DNA from: Felis catus
Lineage: Eukaryota
Reading direction: 5' to 3'
DNA length: 64,000 nucleotides
Assembly: GCF_018350175.1 (NCBI RefSeq)
Contig: NC_058373.1
Location: 104,534,001 to 104,598,000, forward strand
Of the stretch, positions 25,568 to 38,754 are shown piece by piece. The position numbers and the translations under genes are program-made. Numbering within the stretch: the first letter of the stretch is position 1; each line of letters starts with the position of its first letter. The notes below the pieces were generated by a model. That model did not search any database. It saw only the letters and a program-made list of their open reading frames with translations, and was not told the DNA's origin.

Positions 25568-25719
25568 ATGGGGGAGGGGCAGAGAGAGAGAGAGAGAGGG
25601 AGAGAGAATCCCAACAGAGCAGAGCCCGACCCAGGGCTCGATCTCATGAACCATGATATCATGACCTGACCCAAAATCAAGAGTCAGACGCTTAACTGAC
25701 GGAGCCACCCAGGCGCCCC
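25469..25719 (-). mobile_element. Can-SINE
   Basis: Poly-T tail, (GA)n, head ending ccaggcgcccc. Confidence 0.95.
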
Positions 25720-25829
25720 AGAATTTCAAAAGGGAGGCTATTTCAAATGGGAGGCAGACGCGTAAGAAATCCTGCATGTGCTGTAGCAGTATCAGATGTA
25801 CGACCCATGTTTCCATGCCTTCCTTCATC

Positions 25830-27060
25830 CCTCCTTCCGTCTCAGAAGCACTGGTTGCATTTGATCTTTCTTTCCGTCTTTAAACACTCACCTCTTTGCT
25901 TCCAAGACCCCAGAGTCTCCTGGGTTTCCTCTTCCCTCCACAACAGTTCCTTCTTAGTTTGCTTTCCTGGTGTGACTTCTCCACCTGACCGCTCATGTGG
26001 AGAGGGGGGGCCGGGGGCCCTGGTGCAGGGTCCCTTCTCCTCTTTGGCTACACTCAGTCCCCCAGGTGATCTCACCCAGGCCTGTGGTTCTAACTTATCT
26101 ACCTGTTGATGGCTCCAAAATCACATATCCTGCTCCCTACTTGGTACCTTTACCCGAGGGTCTAATATTATCCCAGCTTAGAGTGTCCCAAACAGAACAT
26201 TGTATTCCTCTCGCTCCCAAATATAATTCTCCCCTCAGAGTCCACATCACATCAAAGAGCATCACCATCTAACCACTTAGTGTTCTTCTCCCAACATCTA
26301 ATTCACGAGCACACTCTGTTGATTCTGCCCAAAATGTACCTCACATGCATCCACTTCCCTCCAACTCTGTGCCCATCACCTTAATCCATGCATCCAGCAT
26401 CTCTAGCCTGGCCCATAATAATGTGCCAACAGTCTCTCTGCTTCCAGCCCCTCCTTCCTCCTATACTACGCTCTCCACACAGCGGCCAGAGTATGGTCTT
26501 TTCAAAGCGTCAGACAGACCATGCCATTCCCTGCTTAAATCCCTTCAATGGCTTTTCTGAATTTAAATGCAGACTCTTTTCTTTGGCTTGCAAAGCCCTC
26601 CAAGACCAGACCCCTGCCCACCTCTCCAGCCCCATCTCAGGGCACTCCTCTCACTCCCTGGTCCCTGTAATGTTCTCAAACTGGCCAAGATTAGTTATCC
26701 GTCAGGGCCTTAGCCTATGCTGTTCCCTGTACTTGGAATTCTTCCCCAGCTCCTCGCAAGGCTGGGAACTTACACTCCTTCAGTTCTGAAACCAAATATC
26801 ACCTCTTTACAGGTGATTCCCTGAAGCCTGTATCTGAAGTAGTTACCCTCTCCATCACACTCCATACTCTACCTCGTCAATTTCCTTCAGGCACATATCA
26901 CAATCCAAAATCATCTTCTTCACTTATGGCTTGTCCCCCCCAACCCCCCCCCCCCGCCCCCGTGAGGGTACCAGCTCTTGCCAGTCCTATTCACAGTGAG
27001 ATCAGGGCCCAACACAGAGTAGGTGTTCAAACAAGGCCGGCGGACTGACTTAATAAACGA
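25830..27060 (+). mobile_element. L2 fragment (about 1.2 kb)
   Basis: Pyrimidine-rich L2 body (ccctgcttaaatcccttcaatggct...aagccctccaagacc...cccacctctccagcccc) running to the 3' end. Confidence 0.75.
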
Positions 27061-27995
27061 ACAAAGGGTTTAACAAGACTCAATAACCCAGAGCTTGCCG
27101 ACTATACCAATATCAGACTGTTTTACCTTTGCAGCGGCTCACTGGGGAGTCTCCAGTGGGGCGTTCTGAGAACTGAGTCATCCTGCGGGTGAACAGGAAT
27201 GATGGCAGTGCTGAGCTGCCTGCAGCCTCGTGAAGCCCAGCCAGTGCACTCAGCCAGCACTGGTATCTGAGGGGCCCTGCCTTCTCTGCAGTGCTGTGGT
27301 AGATGAGGAATGGCGTGCTGTCTCCACAGGAGCGCCCCGGAGTACCAGGCACACCCCACGGGCACCAAGAGGTGCAAGAGAAGGGTGCCCTTGGAGCAAG
27401 AGAAGGGCGGTCTTCCTCCTCACAAAGGGAGGAGCATGGTGTGGGCACAGGCCACGGCTAGACCAGCCATTCAAGCCCCGTGGTGGGGGCACGGGAGGAT
27501 GTCTGTGTTTGCGAGCGTGAGTTGAGGGCCCTGTTTACCTAAAGTTCTGTCATCTTGAGAAAACAGGCCCAAGGGGGCGAGAGGGACCAGAGGTGGGTGC
27601 AACACTAAGGGAGAGAGGTTCGTCCTCCTCCCATGTCAAGAAAAAGTGCTGTCAAGTAGGACCCTAGCCGGGCAAAGCAGTAGGCTCTGCTGTAAAGCAA
27701 CAACAGCCAGAGACCTGGTTTCTTCTCCTGGAGGAAATAATAAACTAGATAAACACACTAAACTGTGTAGGTGTCCGAGGTTCCTAGAGGACCCTCAGGA
27801 AAGAAGCTCCAAGAGGAAAGAAAGACATTCAGGCCACAAGCAGGATGGGAGTCTCTAACATAAATCTCAAATGGGATGTGACCTAACTTTATTTCCCAAG
27901 TGGGTAAGATTAGATATGTGAGTTTAGTGTGGATGAGGCTAGAATTTTCCAGAAGCTTTTGTGAACTTGATTATTAATTCTACAGGGCTTTTAAG

Positions 27996-28210
27996 TTGTT
28001 TTTTTTTTTAATTTTTAAATTTATTTTGAGAGAGAGACTGAGAGCACGAGCAGGGGAGGGGCAAAGAGAGGGGGAGAGAAAGACTCCCGAGCAGGCTCCA
28101 TACTGTCAGTGGGGAACCCAACGCGGGGTTCGAACTCACAAACTGAACCATGATATCATGACCGGCGACGAAATCAAGAGTTGGACACTTAACCAACTGG
28201 GCCACAGGGC
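27996..28210 (-). mobile_element. Can-SINE
   Basis: Antisense SINE body: gagcaggctcc...gaaatcaagagttggacacttaacc. Confidence 0.9.
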
Positions 28211-28426
28211 TCATATTTTAATGACTGTCAGTAAACCAGGGACAAGACATAATAAGAAACCATGGACAGGCATGAGGGTGTTCTGTGCTTCTGTCTCCCG
28301 GGGAAATATTTCAGCCAGGTACCTTGCTCTTGGTAACTAAAAACCAACCACGATGTGTCCTCATTCCTTCCCAGGAGGAATCCAAAAATCCACGTGTTGG
28401 AAGCACATTTCTTCCCTCCTTTAGAT

Positions 28427-28652
28427 TGGTGGTTCTCAACAGGGAGTGATTTTGCCTCTCAGGATATTTCGTCAAGTTGCGAGATATTTTCGATTGTCAC
28501 AACTTGGAGGACAGGATGCTATTGGCATCCGGTGGGTAGAGGCCAGGGATGCCGTTAAACATCCTACAATGCACAGACCGGAAGCCCTCCACAAACAAAG
28601 ATTTATCCTGCACAAAATGTCAATTTTTTTAGTGCTGACTGTGGGAATTCTG
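28427..28652 (+). mobile_element. MER20 (hAT-Charlie)
   Basis: ggtggttctcaac...gggtagaggccagggatgccgttaaacatcctacaatgcacag...caaaatgtcaat. Confidence 0.9.
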
Positions 28653-29637
28653 ATCTACACTAAAATGTACTCAAATCTCTTCTCTGTTGTGGCTCTGTAA
28701 TCATGAGAAGAGGGAAAATGATTTGTGATATTGAACCAAAGCTGACAGTGCATCTTGCAAACAATTCTAATCCAGAGCAGTTTAACCAAGCACTAATCTC
28801 CTTTTTTATTTAGTGCTGATGCCACCTCATGGAAGACTGTGCCCGTGTGTTTTCTCCAGGCATTTTCCCCTCCATTGAGTAACCTCTTTGGATTACAGGC
28901 AACCCCTTCAGACTCTTAGAAGCATTTCCCCTCGATATATTAAAAAAAACCTCAAGCGCATATTCCTTCGCAAGTTCAATATCACAAAAGTCACAAGGCC
29001 ATTTACAAGGATTACTTTCAAAGGCCTTTTACGGTTACTATTAAATAAATTATATGTTCAGTGTACTGGAGCTTTAGAGAAGAGATCAAAGTAGAACCCC
29101 TGCCCTCAAGTGCTTGCAATACGCTGTGAGGCCCAATAAAATAAGACATGAAAGGGTACTTCAGTGTGACGAGAAGAGTCAGGTCGCACTGGGGAAAAAA
29201 CTCACAAGGGAAACTATTTCAAAGTGAGGACCCAGTGACACCAAGGCTCTTCCCTCTGCTAAAGAATCGAGCGAATGGAAGGCAGTGGGGGCTTGGCATC
29301 AGTCACTTAACACGTGAGGTTAATGGGGAAAGAATCACTGGCGGGCAGGGGCTCCCAGGGACCACCTCTCAAGCTGTTGGCTCGGTGTCCAACCTGGTAG
29401 TGACAGTAGTTCAGCTCTGGGCCTTGGATTTACTTTCTAGCCCCCCAAATTTAGATACCCGAGAAAATTCTGGAGACACAAATGTATTTAGCTTCTTTGC
29501 TTCCTAATCAAGACCTTAGTTATATTCTGAAAATGTGGCACCGGAGCAATGTATCCCATGGTGCTTGCCGCCATGTGCAGAAGAGAGGCCTCTCAGGGAT
29601 AGCCACCTTATCAGGGCTGGGGAGCACCCTTGGTTGG

Positions 29638-29898
29638 TGTGTTACTTTGCTGGGTCTGCTGTAACAGATCATCACAGACCAAGTGGCTTAAACAGTCGAA
29701 GCTTATTGTCTTATGGTTCCGGAGGCTACTAGAAGTCTGCAGTCAAGATGTCAACAGAATTGGTTCCTCCTGAGGGCAGTGAGGAAGAATCTATTCCATA
29801 CTTCTCCCCTCGCTTCTGGTGGTTTGCTGGCCATCTGATGTTCTTTGGCTTATAGAAATATCCTCCTATCTCTCCCTTCATCTTCACATATTGTTCTT

Positions 29899-29938
<40 letters not shown>

Positions 29939-30128
29939 TGTGTACAAATTTCCCCTTTTTGTAAGGACACCATTCCTAATGGATTAGGGCCCACTATCTC
30001 CAGGATGGCCTCATCTTAACTAATTATAACCACATTAACCTTATTTCCAAATATGGTCAAATTGCGAGGAACTAGGGATTATGGCTTCAACATAAGAATC
30101 CCTGGAGAATATAATTCAACCTGTAACA
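29638..30128 (-). mobile_element. MaLR solo LTR (MLT1B-like) with internal (TG)n
   Basis: ctgctgtaacag...gtggcttaaaca...tggattagggccc...aattcaacctgtaaca; (TG)n at 29901-29943. Confidence 0.88.
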
Positions 30129-30523
30129 GGAAGCTGGGGGAGCACTGTGTCAAGAGCTGCGGAGGGACAGCATATGACAAGTGTCTGTCCAGATCAAGCA
30201 TACTGCGGGTCAGACTGCTTAAAAGTAAAGCAACAACACGTCAGCATATCTTTATATCCAAGTGATCTGAGGACCTATTTAGGACTTCAGAATCCAGGAC
30301 TATTGTGAAATCCCCAGTGGTGAAGATGGGTGGGTACTTAGGGCTGCAGCAGAGTGTGTGTGACATCAATCTGGGGGTTGCAACTCACAGCTGGTACCTG
30401 TAAAGCTGGTGCCGTGCACGGCCATGCCCTGTGGCTCTATGCTTACCATCTTCTCTTCACTTTCTCACCCTTGTGGTACGACCTCATCCAAAGCCGTCAC
30501 TGCAGACTGAATGCTATAGACAT

Positions 30524-30880
30524 TGCTGTAGACTGAGCGTTGCCTCCAAATTCACAGGCTGAAACCTAATCCCCAAAGTGATGGTATTTGAAGATGGGGC
30601 CTTTGGTAGATGATTAGGTCATGAAGGTGGAGCCCTCATGGATGAGATTAGTGCCCTGATGGAAAAGCTCCCAGACTGCTCCCTTGCCCCTCCCACCATG
30701 TGAGGACACAGGGAGAACTCAGACATCTATGTACCTGGATGGGGGCTCTCACCAGACGCCAGATCTGCTGGTGCCTTGGTCTTAGACTCCCTAGCCTCCG
30801 GACCTGTGAAAAATAAATGTCTGGTTGGGAGCACCCCAGTCTGTAGTGTTTTGTTATGGCAGCCTGAATGGGTGAAGACA
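30524..30880 (+). mobile_element. MaLR solo LTR (MLT1A-like)
   Basis: tgctgtagactga...gattaggtcatgaaggtggagccctcatgg...aataaa...gaagaca. Confidence 0.9.
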
Positions 30881-31179
30881 GCTGTATTCCTGCCAGTGTT
30901 CACGTCACAGGCTTCCATGACCCTTCCTTGGTTCTTGTTGTCAACAGCTGTAGACTGGCACTCTATACCAACTCTCACCTCGTGCTTGAGTGTCACAACC
31001 AGTTATCAACAGCATCACTCCTCATTTATCACCCATAATAAACTGCCAATGTTTGGAAACAATCATTTCATAGATAAGTGTGGTTATCCCTTAGTGCCGT
31101 TCCTCTCACTCATTTATATGCTGATGCGTGTGATCACCTAATCCCGTAATCCCTGAGGAAGAAAAGAAGAGGGCCTACT

Positions 31180-31720
31180 CTGTGGATCTGCTGCCAGGAT
31201 CATCTTCCTAAGGCACAGGGTTGATCCTGTCACTCGCCTGTTCAAGACTCTCCAAGACCTTCCCTTGAATGAATGTTCCATGTCTTAGCACAGATGACCC
31301 CAGAGTTCACTCCATCTCTTCCCTACCCGTGTTCTCAGCCTCATCTTCTACTTCCCTCCCTTCACATCCTGCATTCTATCCAAATTGGACTACTGGTTTC
31401 ATTTAAACATTTTCTTTAACTTCCCATTGCTGTGCCTTAATTTTTACTGTTCTGCTTGATATTCTTTGCCCCAGTGATCTATGCCAAATCCTCCAAATTC
31501 CCCCAACAGGAATCTATCCTTCCCCCACCTCCCACCATTCTGTGCTTCCATAACACTGTTAGTATAAGTGATTTAGCACAATTATCACATTTCATTGCGA
31601 CTTCATTTATTTTGCATCTTGTCTCGACTATTAGAGACTATGATCTGTAAGGGATATACATGCCTGTTTACTCAAAACACTAAGCACAGAGACTTACACG
31701 TGGCAGGTGCTTGGTCAAGA
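31180..31720 (+). mobile_element. L2 3' fragment
   Basis: tgtcactcgcctgttcaagactctcc...tagagactatgatctgtaaggg...gcaggtgcttggt. Confidence 0.6.
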
Positions 31721-32599
31721 TTCAGTCTCCACTAGACACAAAAGCTGCCAATGAACCAGAAAGCACTTATTTCAGCATCATCTGGTCATTGACGCAAATG
31801 GCCTTTTTCTTCCTTCCTTTCTCCTTTTTTCTTTCTTTCTCTCTCTCTTTCTTTCCATGACTTCCTCTCTGCCCAAGTTTTTTCCATAGTAATTCGTTTC
31901 CAAGTGTGTATTTTTCTCTTTCTCTTTCTCCTTTCAGGGAATGTGGAAGGACGGGGCAAGGGATTCCCACCACCTGTCCTTTCCTGGACTTGTATCATGC
32001 TAGGATATCGTCTCTGTTAGAATGCAGTGAGCACAACTTTTCGACCACTGATCTTTCTGATACATCAAGTCAGGCTTTAAGTAAGAACTGAGGCCCCCTC
32101 ATGCTATGAGTCTGTTTGTTCTTTTCATGAAATTTCTACATTAACAACACGTTGCCATTGGTGATTTGGGGAGGGGGGGGAGTGGGTTTGGTGTGATATT
32201 TTACCCTACCACCTCAGGCTAGTGGTTGCTAGAAAGGCTATCACAATATCCTGTATGCATCACTTCCCCAAAACTACAGGATTTGTGCTGGTTCTTGCTT
32301 TTCTCCACTGTGCCACAAATAGCATTACACATGAGATTCTGTGCAGCTGCAGAAAGTTCACACTATCAATGGGGGCTGGATAGTTTTTCTCTACACTGGC
32401 TTCAGTCCAGACTCAGAAATCAGGCCCCGCCTATGATTTCGTTAGCATAATAATACTGGTGAATAATTCATTATCCTGGGGAATTTGAGGCTTTGAAGCA
32501 TCCTAAAATAATTAGATAGAGAAGACTCAGGTGAGAGCAGTACCAAAAAATAAAGGTTTCAGTTGTGTTTGCCACTAATTTTGCTACAGATGACGCATA

Positions 32600-32772
32600 T
32601 GAACTTGGGTAAATTACTATGTCACTGAGCAAGTTACTTAACCTTTTTGGGCGTCAATTACTGTACTTATTCACGGAGCTTTTTCTGAGAATCAAAAGAG
32701 AATACATATAAAGCGCGTTGGTAGTGTGCCTGCCACATAGTATGTGCTAGATGAGAAGTAGCTATTATGATT
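32600..32772 (+). mobile_element. MIR
   Basis: gagcaagttacttaacct...aagcgcgttggtagtgtgcctgccacatagta...agctattat. Confidence 0.75.
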
Positions 32773-34055
32773 ATGAAAACTCAGGCACGTTGCTTTTCTC
32801 CTTGGTGACTCTATTCTTCCCTCTTCAAAACAGAGATTATCATTGTCTTTTAGCGTCATCTGATGAGACTGTTTTATAACTTAATACCCATTAAATGCAC
32901 TGAGAGTCTCAGATGAAAGCCTTTCTATGAAGGGAGAAATTTATACTATTTTTCAGAGAAGCAGTTAGGTATGATTTAATATGAAATATTTGTTCTCCTA
33001 ATACTTTATTAATAAAACTGATGCCAAATATGTAAGCTTTCTAAATGTTCCCATTCATTACTTTAAGTGCCTCTTTATCAAATGGAAACATCTGTGTTGA
33101 AACAACTTTGATTCAGCACTTGCCACAGTGACAGTGGAATTCATCAGGGCTGCAATAAATTTCTTTGCATGTTTGCATATATTTGAGATGATCAACAATT
33201 AATTAGAGAGGGAAGAAGTTCCTTCAGTAAAAATAAAATAGATAGGAAGAGGAATCCTTATTCATCCGGTTCCAAGGGACCTTCTGACATTTTTGTTCTA
33301 TTTGTTTTTTAATTTAATCGGCAAATCACTAATTCTTAATTTGACTGCCAATTCCTAAACCGAGATCCTGTGTAAAGCCAGATATGGCTCTGGTTGCCAA
33401 GGTTCCTTGGAGAGATGCCAAGGGTCATGAGTAGGCAAGGCTTTGTAAATACGGATGTCACCTGCCCTGCTATCCCAGCCCCAGATGCAAAGAAGACAGA
33501 AAAACAACCCCCAGAAGAGTGCCTGGCACACAGTAAACACTCAGTATGCATTTCTAATAAATAAGCTCATTTCTACACTTCTAGGGCTTATGCTCACTAG
33601 CGAGACAGTTGTCCCATAGCTGGGGAGAGTGATCTCCCTGACACATGAGAAAACAGCACATTCTCATCCTTAGAGGTTCACTAGGCACCATTCTTGTATG
33701 CTTCTCATGTCTACTGGGTCATGCTGTCAAGATCCAGAGTTTTCTGGATCTATTTTATTACAGTATTTTACCAGCCCAACCTAGGAAGGACAGACATATG
33801 ACCCAACATTACTGACTTTTTGGCTCTACTCCCACCTTTTAGGGACCTTTTAACAGGATCTTGGCAATGCAATGATTTTAAGCCAGCAAATAACTGTAGC
33901 AATAATAAATCAGTAAGAACAATCCCAATATTATTGATAATAGAGGTCAGCTTCCTAAAGCTGAATGAGGACATCAAACGCGGAGTGCCTGTGTGAAGGA
34001 AAATGAGGGTTATGGATCCAGGGGAGAAAGATAACAAGGGCCCTGATGTCTAGAG

Positions 34056-34224
34056 CAGCAGGTCTCAAACTTCGGTGAGCATCAGAATGCCCAGGAAGTC
34101 TTGTTAAAACAATTCGTTTGGCCCCATTCCCAAAGTTTCTGACTTAGTGTGTCTGGAATGCAATCTATTAATCTGCATTTTAACAAATTCCTGGGTAATA
34201 CTGGCCACACTTTGAGAAACACTC
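34056..34224. mobile_element. MER5A (hAT-Charlie)
   Basis: cagcaggtctcaaactt...gcatcagaat...ttgttaaaac...tctgcattttaacaaattcc...ccacactttgagaaacact. Confidence 0.85.
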
Positions 34225-34267
34225 CCCTGAGGTTTAGATGGAGGGTAACAAACTCAGGAAGTGTTCA

Positions 34268-34488
34268 GGGGCACCTGGGTGGCTTAGTCGGTTAAGCGTC
34301 CGACTTCGGCTCAGGTCATGATCTCACATTCCGTGAGTTCAAGCCCCACATTGGGCTCTGTTCTGACAGCTAGAGCCTAGAGATGGCTTCGGATTCTGTG
34401 TCTCCCTCCCTCTCTCTCTCTCTCTCTGCCCCTCCCCAGCTCATACTCTCTCAAAAATAAATAAACATTAAAAAATTAAAACAACAAA
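34268..34488 (+). mobile_element. Can-SINE
   Basis: TSD aacaaactcagg..gtgttca on both sides. Confidence 0.96.
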
Positions 34489-34899
34489 AACAAACTCAGG
34501 GGTGTTCAACAGCCGGAAAGGAACATAAAGAACCAGATGTAACATCAGGGGGTGGTGAGGTCTATGGTGAGCTGCCAATTCATGATTTAACAGCCACTCA
34601 AACCAAATGCATTATTTTAATCACAGCGCAAGAAGGCAGATGTCTGGGCCCCCGACTCAGGTGTTCGTTTGCCTCTGTTCACTGAAACACCTCTAAACGC
34701 ATGCTTTAAACAAGCTTAGAAATTCATACCATAATCAGAGCTCTATAATTTGGATTGAGCCTCTTTTTTCCCTAGTCCTTTCTCAGAGAACTTCTAGATC
34801 ATTAATAATTATGGCACTGTACTAAATAATGCCTGTTGGAAATGAACTGACATTGCCACTTGGGAAATGTGATTAGAGCCTCTGCTAAGAGTCAGCAAG

Positions 34900-35360
34900 G
34901 TGTACTGCATATTCTGAGTCTTCTCCCCCGCCCAGACTCTCTGTCTATCCTCTCCCACCCTGCTCTGGTCCCAGAGGCTGACCTCTGGGGACCCAGGGAA
35001 CTGGGCTCCCTTGCCTTCCAGTTTCTGGCTGGGATGGCCAACGGGAAGCACTCATAGGAGACCAGAGGCAGGAGGAAGGAGAGACCACCCCCTGCCCCCG
35101 GCCCGGGCTGGGGCGGTCAGTGCTGCTGCTCCTCTAAGACCACAACTCCCATCAGGTGGCCCTCTCCTAGAGTGACAGCTACTTTTTCTGGGAAGCCTTC
35201 CCTTTCCCAAGTCACTTCATATCTAAGGGCACAGATGGCTCACTGATTCCCCAGTCCCTGCTGGTCTCCCTGAGCCCCGACCAAACCTTAGTAACCAGCC
35301 CCTTTATTGCACTCCAATCACTTGCCCCTTTTGAATGTCATGTGTTCTCTACCTGATCCA
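34900..35360 (+). mobile_element. ERVL solo LTR (LTR33-like)
   Basis: ccaccctgctctg...gaggctgacctct...gggctcccttgcc...ggccaacgggaagcac...ggagaccagaggcaggagga matches recalled LTR33 consensus. Confidence 0.7.
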
Positions 35361-36893
35361 CAGTTTTTACACACGGTTTTGTTCCACGATGTGGAATATT
35401 CCTCATTAACATCAAAATTACAGAAGATAATTTAGCAGCAACAGAGCAAATAGCAGAACAGTGATCATTGGTCCTTTGCAAAACTAAGCACTAAATGGGG
35501 CCCGATTACGGAATTAACATTTTTTTTTTCAAGTGCCCATCAGCATTCTACCTCTGGAGCCCAGGTTCATTCAGGGGAAGACCAGATAACCACAAAATCG
35601 GCCTTACAGGGAGGGATCCTGCTGTGGAATCTGCAGAATTGTTATTGTTATCTTGGGCTTCTAGGCTCAGGGGCCTCTGAAAGCAATGGTAGGAGCCCCT
35701 GAAAAAGACTGTTACCATTCAGTGACCACAGAGCCAGGGTGCGGTTGCACACATCTGACATTGCAACACAACTACTCACATTCCTCTGATCTGTGACACA
35801 TTTGGGACAGGCACCAACCCTTTAGTTCTGCAAGGTTCTGGCAATGGGAAATGCCACAGGTAACTAAACACAGAACTTGACAACCTCCACAAATTGGCCA
35901 GCCGGTGAAATCAGGCTGCCAGGCCCCTGTTAGGAGTGACAGGTCAGTATCACTTCTTATTCCATGACATGAAAATACAAACCATCCTGGGCCATGAGAC
36001 AAAGCCATAAGCGAGAGGTCACAAATTGGAGGCTCGGAGGCACAGCGCAATCCCCAGGCACGTTTCAGTCAGCCCAAATGGTGTTTTTATTTTGTTCATT
36101 TGGTTGCCGTCATGTAGTATTTTGAGGATGTTGTATAATATTTAGACTTCCAGCTTTTACTGAAAAAAATTTCCCTGTAGCTGTCCGATGCTGTACATAG
36201 GGTAAAAGACTTGATAAGCCTTGATGGAAATATTAATGGCTATAAACTAATAAGAGAATGAGAAGAGTTCAGTGTGGCCCACTAATTAGAGACACTAATA
36301 ATCAAGTATCTGTGGATGGCAAGGCAGCCACTCGAAATAGATGTACAGACAATACACATTTAGGTCAGCCTCAGGTTCAGCAAGCAAATTGCTTGCGATT
36401 GCATAATTGCTAAGGAATGACTGTGTCCAAGGGCATTATCTTCTCTTTGGTCACTGGAATGGTGGGGGACATCCATTTCACAGGTAGTATGGGGCTGGGA
36501 AGCTGGACAGCCCAGCTCTGAACCATGGGTAACACCAAACTCATAATGAAACCGTGCTTCCTCTCACGCGTGGCAATAAATGCATCAGCGACTAGAAAGG
36601 TTCTTCTATGAGATCCAGGCTTTCTGACCTCCAGGCCTGTCTGATTCACTAGGGACACTAGGCCACAGTGACAGATAAGGCTCCGGGGTTTGAAAACAGC
36701 CTAACCAGCAGTGAGAGTAAGAAGTGACATTGGCTTCCTTGGGCTTGCCAAGAAGGTGGGCAGGCAGGGACTGTGTGCGCTCCATTACTCCATGGATTGA
36801 TTTAATGAGATGTTTCCACTTCAGTGTGGGGCCAAACCATTCTAGGGACCTTCTTTCATCTTCTCCTTCTCTCCCCTTTGTCATCTTTACTTT

Positions 36894-36895
<2 letters not shown>

Positions 36896-36948
<53 letters not shown>
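36896..36948. repeat. (CA)n microsatellite
   Basis: Directly visible. Confidence 0.97.
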
Positions 36949-36949
<1 letters not shown>

Positions 36950-37094
36950 ACGTTATAGACAGAGAACATAGTTTAAAGAGAAAAAGACACTTGCCAGAGT
37001 GGAAAACATTCCATTCCTCAACTCAGGCTGTCCAGACAGCCCACTCAGACTCTTCCCTAAAGTCTGGTTAACATGCAACACAACTTCAAATTTT

Positions 37095-38180
37095 AAATAA
37101 TAACAATAGCGAATATTTTATGCACTAAACATGTAATTATGGGCCAGGTAGGTATATATCACTTTATTTAGACCTCTTCGTCTTTTTTTTTTTTTTAGTT
37201 TCAAGTTTTTATTTAAATTCCAGTTAGCTAACATACAGTGTAATACTGGTTTCAGAAGTAGAATTTAGTGATTCATCACTTACATATAATACCCAGTGCT
37301 CATCCCAACAAATGCCCTCCTTAATCCCCATCGTGCATTTAACCCATCCCACCTCCCACTTTCCCTCTAGCATCTCTGTTCTCTATAGTTAAGGATCTGT
37401 TTTGTCTCTTCCCCCCCCCCACCCTCGCTATGTTCACCTGTTATGTCTCTTAAATTCCACATATAAGTAAAATCATATGGTATTTGTCTTTCTTTGACTG
37501 ACTTATCTTGCTTAGCATAATACTCTCTAGCTCCATTCAGATCCTTGCAAATGGCAAGATTTCATCCTTTTTGATGGCTGAGTAATATTCCATTGTATAT
37601 CTATACCACATCTTCTTTATCCATTCATCAGTTGATGGACATTTGAGCTGTTTCCATAATTTGCCATTGCTGATAATGCTGCTAATAAACATTGGGGTGC
37701 ATGTGCCCCTTTGAATCAGTATTTTTTTTATCCTTTTGGTAAATACCCAGTAGTGCATTTGCCGGAATGTAGAGTAGTTCTATTTTTAACTTGTTGAGGA
37801 AGCTCCATATTGTTTTCCACAGTGGAGGCACCAGTTTGCATTCCCACCAACAGTGTACGAGGGTTCCTCTTTCTCTGCATCCTCGCCAACGCCTGTTGTT
37901 TCCTGTGTTAATTTTAGCCATTTTGACATGTGTGAGGTGACATCCCATTGTAGTTTTGATTTGTATTTCCCTGATGATGAGTGATGTTGAGCATGTTTTC
38001 ATGTGTCTATCGGACCTCTTCTTTTAATTCTCTTGACAAACCTATGAGGCAAGCACCATTCTATCTCAATTTTAAGGCTGAGGAAACTCCAACTCGGGAA
38101 TGTTAAATAACTTGTTTAAGGTCATCCCAACAGTAAGTGGCAGAGGCAGGATTCTAAATTGAGTTTTTTGATCCCAGGAT
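37095..38180 (-). mobile_element. MIR split by an L1 insertion
   Basis: MIR halves flank the L1: aataacaatagc... and cctatgaggcaag...gaggaaact...agtggcagaggcaggatt. Confidence 0.7.
37180..38012 (-). mobile_element. 5'-truncated carnivore LINE-1 3' end
   Basis: Poly-T, 3' UTR, ORF2 C-terminus ([12 protein letters not shown]); TSD gacctcttc at 37171-37179 and 38013-38021. Confidence 0.95.
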
Positions 38181-38469
38181 CAGAGTAAATATATTACATT
38201 GAATGTACTAAGCTGGTTGCCTCAGAGATTATCACGAAAAAGTCCTGTGTTGCATGAACAGACAGGGAAGCACAAAGAGGTTAACAGTTTCCTCAACATC
38301 ACAGTCTCTACATGAGTAAGTGTGAAGAGAGGCCCAGAACTTGAACTGGGGTATTCCCAGGGTTCTAAATAACCAAATTCTGCCTAGTTTTGTTTTCCTT
38401 GTTCAGCACACTATCATGCAAGCTTCACTCGAGGCAAGATTATAAATCAATGACCTTTGGGTTTCCAGG

Positions 38470-38754
38470 GCCTGAGGGAAGCCTTCAGACTGCTTCTAGC
38501 AAAGAGCCGGGGAGAGGTGGGCTCATTCTCACAACCACAGAGAAAGGAATTTTTCCTGCAGCCATAATGAGCTGGGAACGCCCCTGGGTTGATACCTTGA
38601 TTGCAGCATTGGTAGGCACCGAGCAGAGGACCCAGTTAAACCATGCCCACACCCTGACCCACAAAAACTGTGAGATGCTAAATGTATGTTGTTTTTAGCC
38701 ATTAAGGTTTTAGTAATTTATTGCACAGCAATAAAAAAAAAAAACCCCGATACA
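38470..38754 (+). mobile_element. MaLR LTR 3' part (MLT1E-like)
   Basis: gataccttgattgcagc...gagcagaggacccag...ctgacccacaaaaactgtgagat...gcagcaata-like end. Confidence 0.8.

Noticed and set aside
27565..27600. CTCF-like motif ggcccaagggggcga
   Set aside because: Mismatches at key 5' core positions; cannot be supported without a PWM scan or ChIP data
34238..36180. Possible MER102/hAT-like fragments at about 34240-34680 and 36050-36180
   Set aside because: Resemblance too weak to set family or boundaries by eye
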